Positions 11,004-23,914 of a stretch of 64,000 nucleotides of DNA are shown here, in pieces. The position numbers and the translations under genes were made by a program. Source of the stretch: Lingula anatina (Eukaryota; Animalia; Brachiopoda); the NCBI GenBank assembly GCA_051362555.1, contig CM120640.1, positions 52,306,788 through 52,370,787 of the forward strand, written 5' to 3'. The first letter of the stretch is position 1. The number at the start of each line of letters is the position of its first letter. The notes beneath the pieces were generated by a model. The model was given only the letters and a program-made list of their open reading frames with translations, was not told the DNA's origin and ran no database searches.

Positions 11004-11607
11004 CACCCTGAGCTTCAGAGATAACTTGACACTAACCTCTTCACTATAGCCTATCTTCATCGTGTCAAGTTACCTCTGACGAAAATAGTTTGACCTAGTT
11101 TATATAAGCCAATCGAATCCATGTTTCAAAATTTTTCACCAAAGTTTGGTGAAAACGCTGATTGGTTGACCGTCAATCGGCAATCCTCGGCTGATTCCGC
11201 AAGCTCCATACTAACAACATAGTTATTGTCGAGTGCGGAGACATCCGAGTAGTTCCGAGTGCATAACCGTACACAAAGAAAGCATGGAGTATATCGGAAT
11301 TGAAACCAGAGCAGTTTGATGCCCTGCATAATTATCTACTGAGGGATGATGTATTTTGCGTGCTGCCCACAGGTTACGGCAAGTCCCTGATATTCAGCCT
11401 TATCTTTGATTGGTCCGGATTTGAACAAAGCGCGCTTTGACTCGTTCGCGTTCATTGGCTAGATCGTTCAATGAGTCATTGAGTGCGGGCTTTAAATTTG
11501 ATTGGCGGGCGGCAGAGGCAATCGAATGTGGTCAGAGGTAACTTGACACGATGAAGATAGGCTATAGTGAAGAGGTTAGTGTCAAGTTATCTCTGAAGCT
11601 CAGGGTG
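11004..11607 (+). mobile_element. Non-autonomous TIR DNA transposon carrying a RecQ-helicase fragment (AcademH-like)
   Basis: Perfect 77-bp TIRs (11004-11080 / 11531-11607); 8-bp TSD tctgataa (10996-11003, 11608-11615); internal frame ELKPEQFDALHNYLLRDDVFCVLPTGYGKSLIF (RecQ motifs 0 and I, ~11297-11395). Confidence 0.85.
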
Positions 11608-13280
11608 TCTGATAATGAAAGTCTATTAAACTGTGATTCACTTAACGGGGTACATAACCTTGAACATTAAGCGAGTTTATCCCGGGATTTTAACAAGAAC
11701 AACCTACCATTTAGGTATTTTCAAATTTTACACCAATGAACTTCATCTTGTAACGTCATAGCTAGGTATTCCTGTCACCCCGGTTCATATCCTTAAACTA
11801 GTGGCTGCCTTCGCTTCACATGCTGAATATAACCTGATGGACGATAATTATTGAGTAAGCACAACAGAAATGGAATGGCAGACTGTTCGTGCTGAAGCAC
11901 AGGCCTCTCTCTCTCTGGCGTGTTTCGGGTGTGCCTGCTTAATGTGCGGATGTAGACCTTTAGGTGGCGCTTCTCTCAAGACAGTATACATTCGCTACAA
12001 GGGTTCAGATGTAGGAATGAATATAAAGCACAGTACCCAGAACGATTGTTTGTCGGGGTGCCCGCGGGCACTTTTTCCAAATACCATTCAAAAGTGAATG
12101 TTTGATTAAGAAAACATGTTTGAAGATGTTTCTGACAATCAAGCTTGTTTCATTTCTACCAGCGGGAAAGCCGTTCACCCAGCTCAGATCGGAGAATGGC
12201 TCAGCGAAAAGAACGACTCAGTCTGCCAGCTGTGAGAACGAAAACACCCAAACCCAATTGATGTCACAGGCATGCTCTTAAAAGTATTTGGTGCACAGAT
12301 TGAACTATGATTATTTTAGGGTCCTACATGAAGAAGTTTGTATTAAAGTTTCACTCTCCTGGAACCATGAATAATGAAAAAATATAGCCTATTCATTGTC
12401 TATCCCCAAAAAGGAACATAGGCCTACGTTACTGTCACAAATGCTAAACGTCCAGCCGTGAAATGTTTTACTCACTTTGAAAATTCAGTCATCACTTGTT
12501 TTGTTCTTTGATTTATCTCCTACAAGTATAACGTTGTAAAAATTATAATAATTCTGTATAAAGCAATTAATTGTTTTTGAGTGACTTTAGTTTGCTTGTC
12601 ACTGAATATTTTAAAAAAGGGGGAAATAAACCCCACCGACGGTAAAATAAGCATTAAATAAATTTTCCCATCGTGATCCAAATATTATATCAGAAATGTC
12701 AAACTATCATGAATCACAATATATTTTTCGATCAGCAACAGAAAACACTGTTTTCTATTGCACAAGTACTTGAACAAAATGAAACTTTTTGACAATTTTT
12801 CTGGGGAACATACATTACCTAGTATAAGCCATGACGCAAACCCCCCTTCATTTACAGTTTAAATATTTATAAAAACATCCTTACGTCATGTATGACTTAA
12901 TTACCATGACGGAATCACTACAAAATGTATCGGAACGTATAAAAATTAAAATTAAATGACCCGAAACATACGTTACCATACGTTTCCGGAACATACGTTA
13001 CCATTTACGGCTTTTGCATAATGTAAAGACATGGTAAAAATTAAGTTTGAATTTAAATTAAGACGGTCGTGGGTTTTTGTTCTATACACGTATATGTTTT
13101 AAAAATTGAATACAACTTTGAATTCATTCAATTTTATTTTTGGACACTTCAGCATGTGAAATGCACCTCTATATATATATACTATATAAACCGTTAAGAT
13201 ATTGTTCTTTTATTTAATCATGAAAGATTATAACATGAGTGATACATGGAATTCTTTATTGATAAACACCTTCACATATA

Positions 13281-14939
13281 CAGGGTTACCACTAAATATG
13301 GAATATTATTTTTTGGCGAGTAAATTTTCTACAAAATATTTAATTTCTCTCTAACTACTTTAAATCCAAAGCTGAGATGTCACTCCATGTGTAGCCAGGT
13401 GTGTAACCTAATTACCACACAACTCTCGAAACAATTGATGCATGCAGTTGCATGTTCTGTGGTCAGAAATGTGAGGGGTGGTCTTTTCGGCAATTTCTGC
13501 CCTTGTATAAAAACGCATGGGTGTGGTCAATCTTTGGAGTGTGTTTAGAGAAGCAACAAAGGGATCGCTCTGAAACTTGACAGGTACATTAGTGAAGATA
13601 TGGTTCGACAGCTAAGCAACGCAGCTTACTATGGGATTCTTGCTCTCAGAGAAAATGTCCAGAAACGGACAGCCATTGCCAGGTAATTCAACATTTATCA
13701 GGAACCGTTTGTGAAGTCCTCCAAAGAATTGCTGCAACAGGGGCACCTACTCCAATACATCGACCAGGGTGCCCGCGTATCACATCAAGAAGACAGGATC
13801 GCCTTCTCCTTAGAGGACGCCGTGCTGGTCGTACAAAGACAACCATTGTCCTCAGAAAAGAGAGGCAGAATGTCATTCAAACGCCCGTTTCAAGGTCCCT
13901 CTTGAACAAGATATTACTGCAAGCCGGTTATTTTGCACAAAGGCCAGTAGGGAAACCACTGTTAACAGCAGGTCATATACAGCGACGTCTGCAATGGGCT
14001 GGGGACCACGTGCGTTTGCAGCCAAAACACTGGAATCACGTCGTTTTCAGTGATTAGGCCAGATATGGATTTTTTAGGGTTGATCGTCGAAACCGTGTCC
14101 ACCGACGTGTACGAGGGGCATAAAACGATGATTGTGTACTGCCTTGGGTGAAAGCCAAGACAGGTAACGTCTCTGTTTGGGGAGCATTTCATGTCAGTGC
14201 CCAGAACCAGTTGGTTTTTCTAGGAGGCAACCTCATCCAGGATTACTACAGAAACATTCTACAGCAAACAATGGTTCGATTGGTAAGAGTCATCTTCAGG
14301 AACAACTTTGTGTACCAAGACGACTGCGCAACCCCACATCGAGGCCGCAGAATCACTGTTTTTCTTCAAATCCAATGGGTTCAGCAACTGCCCTGGCCTG
14401 CAAACTCTCCAGATATGAACCCAACTGAAAATCTGTGGGCGGAAGTAACTCACAGAATAAATAGCTATGGTGTCGGCCGGTAAATAGTGATGAACTGCGT
14501 CAGGCAAATATCACTGCGTGGAATGATATCCCCAGCCAAACTCTAAAAAACGTTTCACAGGGTATGCCATGTAGGTTGAGGGCGCTGCAAGCGACTGCTG
14601 GAGATCATACCCGCAATTAATGACTTTTCATGATTTACTGTAGTGAGTTCTTTGACTGTGTAACATATCACTGTCTGGAGGCTATCAGTTACTTTTATAT
14701 CTTATCTTAAAGTTTATACTGACATCAAACTGTTGATATGGTTTTCTGGGGGTGTTCCTTTCTTTTGAATGGCATCTTATGTCAGATTTAATATTATTGA
14801 CCAAAATATCTCACAACAGAAGACTGGATGTTATTATCACTCAGTGACATACTTTTTTAATGACTCAAGCCCAAAAAATTTTAATCAGCACTCAAAAATA
14901 ACAATGATAAAAAATATTCCATATTAAGTAGCAACCCTG
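13281..14939 (+). mobile_element. Tc1-family (DD34E-type) transposon, full length, decayed
   Basis: TA flanks; ~30-bp TIRs cagggttaccactaaatatggaatatt / aatattccatattaagtagcaaccctg; internal transposase remnant. Confidence 0.92.
13600..14620 (+). pseudogene. Tc1 transposase pseudogene
   Basis: MVRQLS...; RPGCPRITSRRQDR; HWNHVVFSD*; VSVWGAF; FVYQDDCATPHR; WPANSPDMNPTENLW. Multiple stops and frameshifts. Confidence 0.9.
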
Positions 14940-15277
14940 TAAGGTACAATCACCAGATCATGGACTTAACATTTAACTACATCAAATGAATAAATAGATA
15001 AATGGATAGATAGCTGCACAATTATGTAGCATGCATATGCATAAAGCATGTCATAATCACGTAAGGTTTGATGCACTCGCCGAGTCACTTGCTCACAGTG
15101 AGTGGATAGCACCCAAACAGCGGGGGTTATTAGAAGAATAATAAAAGTAAAATGATACACAATAGTTATGATGATGATTAAAAGGAAGTGATGACTACTA
15201 AACCTAAGATCAAATTTGAATATTACCACGAGCTATGAGCTGGGCTCTTCTTTCCATGCATTTTTGGATAAGTATAA

Positions 15278-15473
15278 GACTGGGTTCCCACAGATTTAGA
15301 TCGATCCGTCTGGATCGACCTAACTCCCTGGGGGTTCACGCTAAATTGCTGTCAGCTTCCGGGAGCCGAGCGCGCACAAAAGTTAATAACCCCCTTACAG
15401 GTTTTAGTAGGCAGCAATTTAGTGAGACTCCCCAGGGGGATAGATCGATCTAAATATCTGTGGGAATGGTCTC
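15278..15473. mobile_element. PIF/Harbinger-type MITE
   Basis: Imperfect TIRs (ttcccacagatttagatcgatc / gatcgatctaaatatctgtgggaa); taa on both flanks (15275-15277, 15474-15476). Confidence 0.6.
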
Positions 15474-16527
15474 TAAGAGTTAACTATTGTCCATTTCCCC
15501 AGATCCCATTAGGGTTTTGAAGAGCTCATCGGTATCTTTAAAGTTTATGTTAACGAAGCTTTGGATGTTAGTCACAAAGGGGCGTTGGAGGTTATCATGA
15601 GCTGGACATTTTAAGAAGAAGTGACATATTCATATTCATATTCTATCTCCCCGGACTTACAGATGGGGCATGTTGGATACATCAAAGTTAAATCAATATT
15701 TATTTCTCAAACTGGCGTCGGGTTAGTAGACTTTCAGCAGGACGAGTAGGAATAAAACGCTTCACAACAAGTAAAATTAAAATATTTTTAATGACGGGCC
15801 GTGGCAGCGTGTTGAAAATGAAACTTACCGTCAGTATAAATGTTCCAGGTGGGTTAATTTAAAATCAAAGAAACATATATAACAAATATGTATTATAAGG
15901 CGTTTTGACTCACAACTATTCAATTGCAAATGTGTACTTATTGGAGATTTGGTAACAGAGCTGCCATTCCTCAAAATCAGAATTACAGACTTATTTTTTG
16001 TACATGTATATGGAGTATGGCCTCTTTGTGTTCTGCCACAAGTCTCTAAAGCAATGTGCGCGCTAATCTTCGAATTACCTCTTGTGGGATTCGGTTCCAC
16101 TTTTGAAGTGCATGCCTGCTCCGGTAGGTGCCTGTTTTTTAGGATTCTATTGGACCAAATGTTTAATTGGACTCAGGTCTGGAAAATATGCTGGTCATCG
16201 TTGAACATCCAAAGCCTGAGCTGCATGGCAACGGGCATTGTCCTGTACGTTAGACGATGGGAGCATCTATCGTCTATGGCAGGAACGCTTCAAAACCTGA
16301 TCATTTTAGTGCTGAGTCGTTAAAGATTCTCTAGCTCATTGTAAGTGATTTTGACGTTGGATGGGAACCAGATCAATTTTTCTGTAGGATCCATATGCAT
16401 CTTGCTGTAGGACTACTATTTCGACTGTTGTGCCGTTTAGGGAACGCCCATTTTACCCCACCACTTCCAATAACCGAGTGCAGTCTGGAGCATGCCAATG
16501 ACAGGCAAACTTTCCTCCCTCGTCATA

Positions 16528-16829
16528 GGCCGCATTCATATCGAGTTGAGCCATGGCTCTAAAAAGCCACGGCCTAAATATGGCGGAAGTACATGAAAGG
16601 AAAACCGCCTAATCTTTTAATAGTCTCCCCTCCTCTCACACGCCTCCCCATGCGTCGTCCCCGCGGTGGTACAGTCATTAAATCTCGGCTCCATTGGGAC
16701 AACACATGGGGAGGCGTGTGAGAGGCGGAGAGACTATTAAAAGATTAGGCGGTTTTCCTTTCATGTACGTCCGCCATATTTAGGTCGTGGCTTTGTAGAG
16801 CCATGGCTCAACTCGATGTGAATGCGGCC
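16528..16829. mobile_element. Foldback MITE with ~130-bp TIRs (PIF/Harbinger-like ends)
   Basis: ggccgcattcatatcgagttgagccatggctct...cacacgcctccccatg inverted against catggggaggcgtgtg...agagccatggctcaactcgatgtgaatgcggcc; 3-bp ata on both flanks. Confidence 0.85.
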
Positions 16830-17245
16830 ATACGTAGCTTGATGAAACAAACGAGGCGATAAGCCTAAGGGTAGCGCTTTTATGGGTTGTGAACAGAATT
16901 TTCATGCCACACCCATAACACGCAACCAAAATAAGAAGTGAACATTTTACCATATTTCATATTCCTACCAATTGTACCATTCAAACGCTGATGTGTGTAA
17001 GAATTTAAAAACACTACCAAAAGACAATATATTTTAGAAAAAAAATTTCGTTGACATTCATTTACATTATACTAAATAAACAGTAAAATAATAATAATAA
17101 ATAATGTGTAATATTATTTATTTTAGACAGGTCACATACTGCAATATTGAATTTAGCATTGATATTAGTGGAATTATTGCTTACTATATCAACCCCTCAT
17201 ACAACAACAGCTTGGTTGATTACTCACATGTAGACTTTGTTAAGT

Positions 17246-19174
17246 TTACAATTTTGTTGTGCTTATGGGGAGTGTATTGTCAAGATCCTCTTGTTTCTGG
17301 CACACAGGTATGTATCTTTCACCTTGCTTATGTGCGAGCACATACAGTATAAGAAACAGGCAAACCTTACCAATTGCACCACCGAGCATTATATACACAA
17401 AATACATTCCGTTAATAGGAAAGAAGTAGCCAAAAATTGGCGGGAAACCTAACTTTCCTACACAAGATCCCACGTAAAACATAATCGTAGCTTTTCCAGT
17501 CACATGAATATATCTTTCTGCCCATGATATTCCGGCGGCAAACAAAGAACCCATCCCTAACCCATATAATGCTGTACACAACCACATCACAATCTCATGT
17601 TTGCCAATCAGAAATGTCAACAGTAACATAGCAACGACAATCAGTGCAAGGTCTGTTGCAATCATAATTGTTGAACTCACAAATTTTGACAACAAGATAG
17701 AAAAACCTCTTGACGTAGACATCAAGCCCCAGAAAACCGTGGTCAGGTGTGCTGCCTTAGGTTTGGGCCAGTTCAAAATTCTGAATCCAAAGGTTGTCAC
17801 AAGAGCAGAGAAACTTAATTCAAGGCCAACATACAAAAGATAGAAGAACGCCATAAGGACCAAAAACACGCCCTTAAAGATTATGGGATCGTTTCGAACC
17901 GCTTCACTTCCTTTTCTTTTTTTGGCATCTTGTCTTTTCCAGGAGAAACAACTTTGTTCTTGAATACAGGTTACCATAAAAAGCCCACCAGAACACAATA
18001 GCAGTGTTGCAGTGACAATATAAGCATATGCAATATCTGTTTCTGTCCACATTTCTCTCGTATTCAAAATGAGTGTTTCGTTTCTGTTATCATCATGAAT
18101 CGAAAGAGCTGTATCGTTTGGTAGCTCCATTGCCACACTGGCCATATTGTTTCTCGAGAGGGATTCGTCCTCACCATGTCCCACTGAAGTGTCATTAGGT
18201 AAAATCCACGTGGATGTTTCATTATCGCCTATACTCATTCTTTTCGATAAAAAGGGTTCGGCTATTACTGGTGCCAAAAGAGCCCCAATACCGAACGTAA
18301 AGTGCAAAGCTTGCATGTAAGGTCCATTTTCTTTCCCCCAAATGTTGACACAGAGGGCACTTCCACCTAAAGCAGAACAATGTGAGATAGTATTTTGCTA
18401 CCTTTGTCAAGTCTATTGCAGCATTAATTTTATTATTGACAGATGCACTTGTTAGTGCTATATATATATATATTTGTACAACGTATGGAAGCGAGTCTTG
18501 TCACTATTATTGTCATTATTTTGCAGATTGTTATGCGTACTGTAGTAATATGTTACATATTTCAATATATTTTCAGTTGCATTCAATTGTTATGTTATAT
18601 AAGAAAGCAGTCTATACCTGTATCTAAACAACCAGTTGTTACCCCCTGCAATGCCAAACATACAGCCAACCAAGAAAGATGTTTTGTGAATGGAATTAGA
18701 ACCGTAACAACACACGTCAGGATCATGATCACACTCAAAAATAGGTGATGGTTCATGTGGTCGTAGAGGAATCCGCCAAGTATGGAGCCAACCATTGATC
18801 CAGCTGATCGGCCGCTTATGGCATATGTGATTGATTCCACTGAAGTTTGGACCTGTTCTCTCAAATCAATCAAAGTAGGGCCGGGGATAGCTATACAAGT
18901 GCCCTAGAGAAAAGAAATCAGTCAGTTAACTGTTTTTGTACTTCTCTTTAAATACCACTTTGGCTATATATTGGACAGTTTTTGTTCTTCACAATTTGCT
19001 TAGTTCTTAAGATGTACCCATCAAACAGTCATGGTAAGTTCAACTGGTCTCATTACTTACCAGTGCCAGAAATGAAATACAAAGGGAAACTGTCGTATAG
19101 CGTCTGCCCTTACTGCATCGACAGGAATCCTTTCCTACTGCAGCACTTATACACCTCGGCTCTGTAGTGCTCAT
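17246..19174 (-). CDS. MFSD4: MFS transporter, MFSD4 / sodium-dependent glucose transporter 1 (NaGLT1)-like, paralogue A (506 aa, 3 exons)
   Basis: Exons 19174-19061 (MSTTEP...ISFLAL), 18903-18618 (GTCIAIPGPTLIDL...GCLDT), 18366-17246 (GGSALCVNIWGKENGPYMQALHFTFGIGALLAP...YVGLE...FWG...WAERYIHVTGK). All GT-AG and in frame, with many hydrophobic TM segments. Symbol is family-level. Confidence 0.92.
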
Positions 19175-21312
19175 GTTGGCGAAGAGAATTTGAGCTACTG
19201 TCGTCTATGCCGTTACAAATGCTCTATTACATGCATTCTAATCTAATCTGGGTCGACTTTGTATGCTTTAAGGTAATGTATCTACTCTTTCTACAAACAA
19301 ATACTCGTCACTTCCCGAATGGCACTTTTCGCAAATGCATTGGTATGTTCGTTTGTTTGTGGTCAGATTTGTACCCGGGATAAAGGCCATAATTTACAGA
19401 TTTTTCCTTAAAATATTCCAGTAGATTGGTTATTTGTCTAGAATGATGCTGATTGATTTTCATTCGGATCATGTTTATCACCTAGATGTAAAAATTAGAA
19501 GATTAAAAATTTAGAAAATGGAGAATGCCCATTGACTTTTTTTCAAATTCTGTATTTTTTCCAAGTGATATACTAGTGATACTGGAGGCAATGGCTTCCG
19601 ATAATTGACTTGGGGGGAGGGAGGCAGAAAAGAATGAAAAGTCTTTATTAACAGATAAAGAAATATACAGTACTTGTATTGTTTTAGCGTTAAATTACGT
19701 TTACAAATGTTACTGAGAACATATGTACTGAAAATTCCTTTAATACACATCTATCTCTTCATATAGGTGGTAACGCTCTGGTGAAATACTGTATTTCACG
19801 TGAAAAAATAATGTTGCATGTAAAAAAAATCGCGAAAATACTAGATGTTCTTGTTCTTCATATAGACACGAAGATAAATACACATTTGCCTTACCGAACT
19901 TGCGTTTACAAATAAGACTTGAAAGCAAACGAGTTCAATACTGACAGTGCTGTCATATAGGTTTCCCGCCAATTATGAATATTTCAGCGTTTTAGCATTT
20001 GGCACCTAGGGAGAAAGCTCTTCTTCAGTGCAGTGCAGTAAAACAATTGCATGAATGAGATTTGTAAAATATTATTTCATTGACAGAGAGCAATATGAGT
20101 GTCCAGAAGGGAATTTTCCTGGGGTAAATTGTCCTTATTGTCCGCTCGACAACTGCTGATCCAAAACTAAACCAAATGTGTGGTAAGGGTAACTTTTCAA
20201 TTATTGCAGATGCATTGTAAATGTGGTAAGATTGCTCCGGTAAACCAACTGTGTAAACGGCATAGCGAAAACAATATTCTTGGAACTAATGCTATCATAT
20301 CAGTTCACAGAACTGAACCAAGCAGGACAAACGAGCGTGTACAAAAAATGAAAGGGATAACAACTGTTGGTATGAGATGCATATTTCACAATAAAGGGAA
20401 GTTTGGCGTAGTCAAACGACATTTTATGGCGACAACAATTTCCATAGCTTATTGATGCACAATCCGCACATGCTCATTTGCCTCTTTACAACCCCACAAA
20501 CGAAATTTGTGCGAAATTGTTTGTAAATAAAAACTTTTGCTGACTCATTGCATCATGATTTTAAGGATGATGAGTCGTGTCGAATATTTGATATATAATT
20601 TTATCCCTTAGGCCATAACATTTATAACAGGCAACAATTTGTTACATTGTTAGTATAGTGGGGTTATACATGTATAATAAATGCGGACTTGTTTGGCCAG
20701 ATATCGAACAACCAATATTCTTTTTTCCCTTCTTTCTTGTTGTGAATGGAATTATGAAAAGTTTGTGGTGCACTAGGAAGGAGGAGGAGACATAAATACA
20801 TTATAAACAACTCACAGTAATATAATAAATTCCATTTTACAACCAAAATAGCGGTTATCGCATTATTTTGAAATCTGTGCTTGCCATTAGACTACGTGGG
20901 CCTTTACAGATGGCTATACCTCCATAATAATATCTAAAGGTATATCTTAAGATATTATTACAAAAAAACCAAACTTTTTAGAGAAAAAAAAACTTGGACT
21001 AACTTTGAATTTCGGATTGGATTCATTAACCACTGGATAATATGGGAAAATTGTCTTTTACCCCAGATAAATCCTTTTTATTTTTGTTTATTTATTTAAT
21101 TTTTTATTACCAAACCGAACAGTTGTTATCCCTTTAAGCTGGCTCAGTTCCAGTATGACGACTGATATGACTGGCCTAGAGTGTGGACAGAGCCAAAACC
21201 TACTTTCCTTATCAGAAAGTTAAATGGGCTTGCATAGACAGGCGTTTCGCCTGGATACATGTAACAGAGGGACACTTAGGTGACTGCATGTGACGCTAAG
21301 TTTGCACTTAAG

Positions 21313-23429
21313 ATGAATGTCTCTCAGAAGATGTTTACAAAAAGTACCGAATCGTCAAAAGGTGGTTGCTGTAGATTTAGTAGTGACAGGCGCTTCACGA
21401 CTTTCTCCCTGTGTGCTGCATTTTTCGCTCTGGTGAGTTAACTGGACCATGTACTTGAGCAGCTGTGTGCTGTGCTTATTATATCGAAGTAAAAACCTGG
21501 TTAATATTTCAAGGGGGTGGGGTGGGGGTGGGTGAGTAATAAACAGCTATCAATACACTGTAGCTGGTCCAGGACGGGGATAGCTGACATGTGCTCCCTT
21601 CCCTTACTTTCAGAATCTCGTTTCTATTTTAATTCAAATGTTAGACTAGTCATTCTGGTAGAACTAATCTGGTACCGCTGGCAGATCAGAGAAATTTTTA
21701 AGGAAAGGGTGCAAAACACAGTTGGCGATGCCATTTTCGTATTGTATATGTAGAGGGTACAGGTAATGTAAATTGCAAAAGGACTACCTCGGGTATTTAC
21801 GTGTATTGGTCCGGATATGTTTTAAAATTTCAGGGAGGTTTTATAGCCATACCAGGCCCCACTTTGATCGACTTGAGAGAGCAAGTCCATGCATCGGTTG
21901 AATCTATCACGTACATTATCAGCGGTCGGTCAGGTGGTTTAATTCTCGGTTCCATATTTGGTGGCCTTCTTTTCGACCACATGAATCATCATTTGTTCCT
22001 CAGTGTCCTCATGATTTTTACAGCAGTTGCGACGATTCTTGTTCCCTTCACATCAAATCTTGCTGGGTTGGCAGTATGTCTGGCGGTGCAAGGTGTTGCA
22101 ATGGGTTCTTTAGATACAGGTACATATGTACTTGACTGATATTTTAAGTGCATCTGTGTTCAATTTCGCGATTGAATTTAGATAATTTGTATAATTTGAT
22201 ATAAATGGTTAATTTAGCTTTTCTTTCTAGTAATATATTAACAAGATTCTAAAGAAATAAGTCTTCACGGCATTAATTCATATCTATTAATCTTGGACGA
22301 TATTTACAACGAATAACTTGATTCCTTTATCATTCTAGGTGGAAATGCCCTTTGTCTAGGTCTCTGGGGTCAGGAAAGCGGTCCACATATGCAATCGCTG
22401 CATTTCGCGTTCGGTGTGGGTGCACTCATAGCACCCATTGTTGCCCAGCCTCTTTTGTCAAAGAGATTATTTATTAATGAAACGGTAATTTCACTCTTAT
22501 CAAATAACGTTTCTTCATTTGTGCTTGGTGGGAATTCGACTTTCTCTCCTCTAGAAATCAACGGCGTGTCAGAGAAAACCCTGCTTGTAGGAAATTTAAC
22601 AAACCGAACTATGAACACGAGAGAAATGTGGACAGAAACTCAAATTATGTATGCCTACATTTCCATTGCCATGGTTGCTTACTTATGTGCTGGACTATTC
22701 ATGGTAACGTGCATTCATGAACGAACATGCTTCTCTTGGAAAAGACAAGTTAAGAAAACAGAAGATGGGCCTGTGACTCGAGAAGATTCCCTGTGCTTTA
22801 AGGGTATATTTTTGATGATTTTAGCATTATTTTATTTTCTTTACGTTGGTCTTGAAGTCTCCTTTGGTGCTCTTGTTACAACTTTTGCATTTGAGATTCT
22901 TCACTGGTCCAAACCCAAAGCGGCACATTTGTCTACAGTTTTCTGGGGCTCATTTGCTGCAACTAGAGGTATATCTATAGGAGTGTCAAAGTTTATGGGT
23001 CCAACTATTATGATCATCACAGATCTTGCCCTAATTGTGGTATCCATGCTATTGATGGCAATTCTGATCAACACACATGAGATTGTGATGTGGCTGTGTA
23101 CAGCATTATACGGTATAGGGATGGCCTCATTGTTTCCTGCCGGAATATCCTGGGCTGAACGATATATACATGTGACTGGCAAAAGTGCATCCATGTTTAA
23201 CATGGGCTCTGCTTTAGGAGAGTTGACTTTCCCACCACTCTTTGGTCATTTTTTTCATGTAGATGGAATGTATTTTGTGTACATATCTCTTGGTGGTGCA
23301 GTTGGTAATGCTGTTTTGTTCATTATACTTTATATACTTGCACGGAGACAAGGAGAAAGGTACATTTCTGTGCCCCAGAAAGGAGAAAATGGCGAGACAT
23401 CAAATCAAGAGCAAACAACAGAACTTTAA
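21313..23429 (+). CDS. MFSD4: MFS transporter, MFSD4 / NaGLT1-like, paralogue B (498 aa, 3 exons)
   Basis: Exons 21313-21432 (MNVSQK...AAFFAL), 21834-22119 (GGFIAIPGPTLIDL...GSLDT), 22339-23429 (GGNALCLGLWGQESGPHMQSLHFAFGVGALIAP...). Same intron positions and phases as paralogue A; aataaa overlaps the stop codon. Confidence 0.92.
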
Positions 23430-23859
23430 TAAATGTTAAAATTTGGTATCGCCATTAACACAAAAAAATTCGTACACCGACTGCCGTATATTACAAAGTA
23501 AAGGATATCCTAAAACCCTTTCGGTTGACTGATGCATTAATACTGCCGTGCATTCACCATGGTAGCTACCTAAATTGACAGCCAGGACGTAACACGTTCG
23601 ATTGAGACCCATTATAGTGGTACCCTCTACCAGGACGATTTATTTTTCACAGATATTCACAGATATGTCTCTAGATAAATAGACAATCACTTGGCTCTGT
23701 GTCACCCTGTAATGACACCTTTTAAAGTGCACATGGAAGAAAGCTCTTCATTTCTTACGTGCCAGATAAAAAAATTTGCTAAAGCAACCCCCCTCCCCTC
23801 CGTGGCACCAGTAGCACTATTTCTTAAAGTTGCAGTACTTGTGTTACGACCTGTATGTT

Positions 23860-23862
<3 letters not shown>

Positions 23863-23910
<48 letters not shown>
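23863..23910. repeat. (AT)n microsatellite
   Basis: About 24 AT units. Confidence 0.95.

Positions 23911-23914
<4 letters not shown>

Noticed and set aside
11640-13100. CpG-rich stretch that looks like further transposon remnants
   Set aside because: No matching TIR pair, TSD or protein motif could be established.
15900-16450. Possible tyrosine-recombinase (Crypton) remnant (GHCPVR and GLRSG in different frames)
   Set aside because: The motifs are too short and no R-H-R-Y catalytic set could be assembled.
17435-19974. 17-bp exact inverted match aattggcgggaaaccta (17435-17451) / taggtttcccgccaatt (19958-19974), containing an E2F-like site
   Set aside because: One arm lies inside conserved coding sequence, there is no TSD, and a single match of this length in 64 kb can arise by chance.
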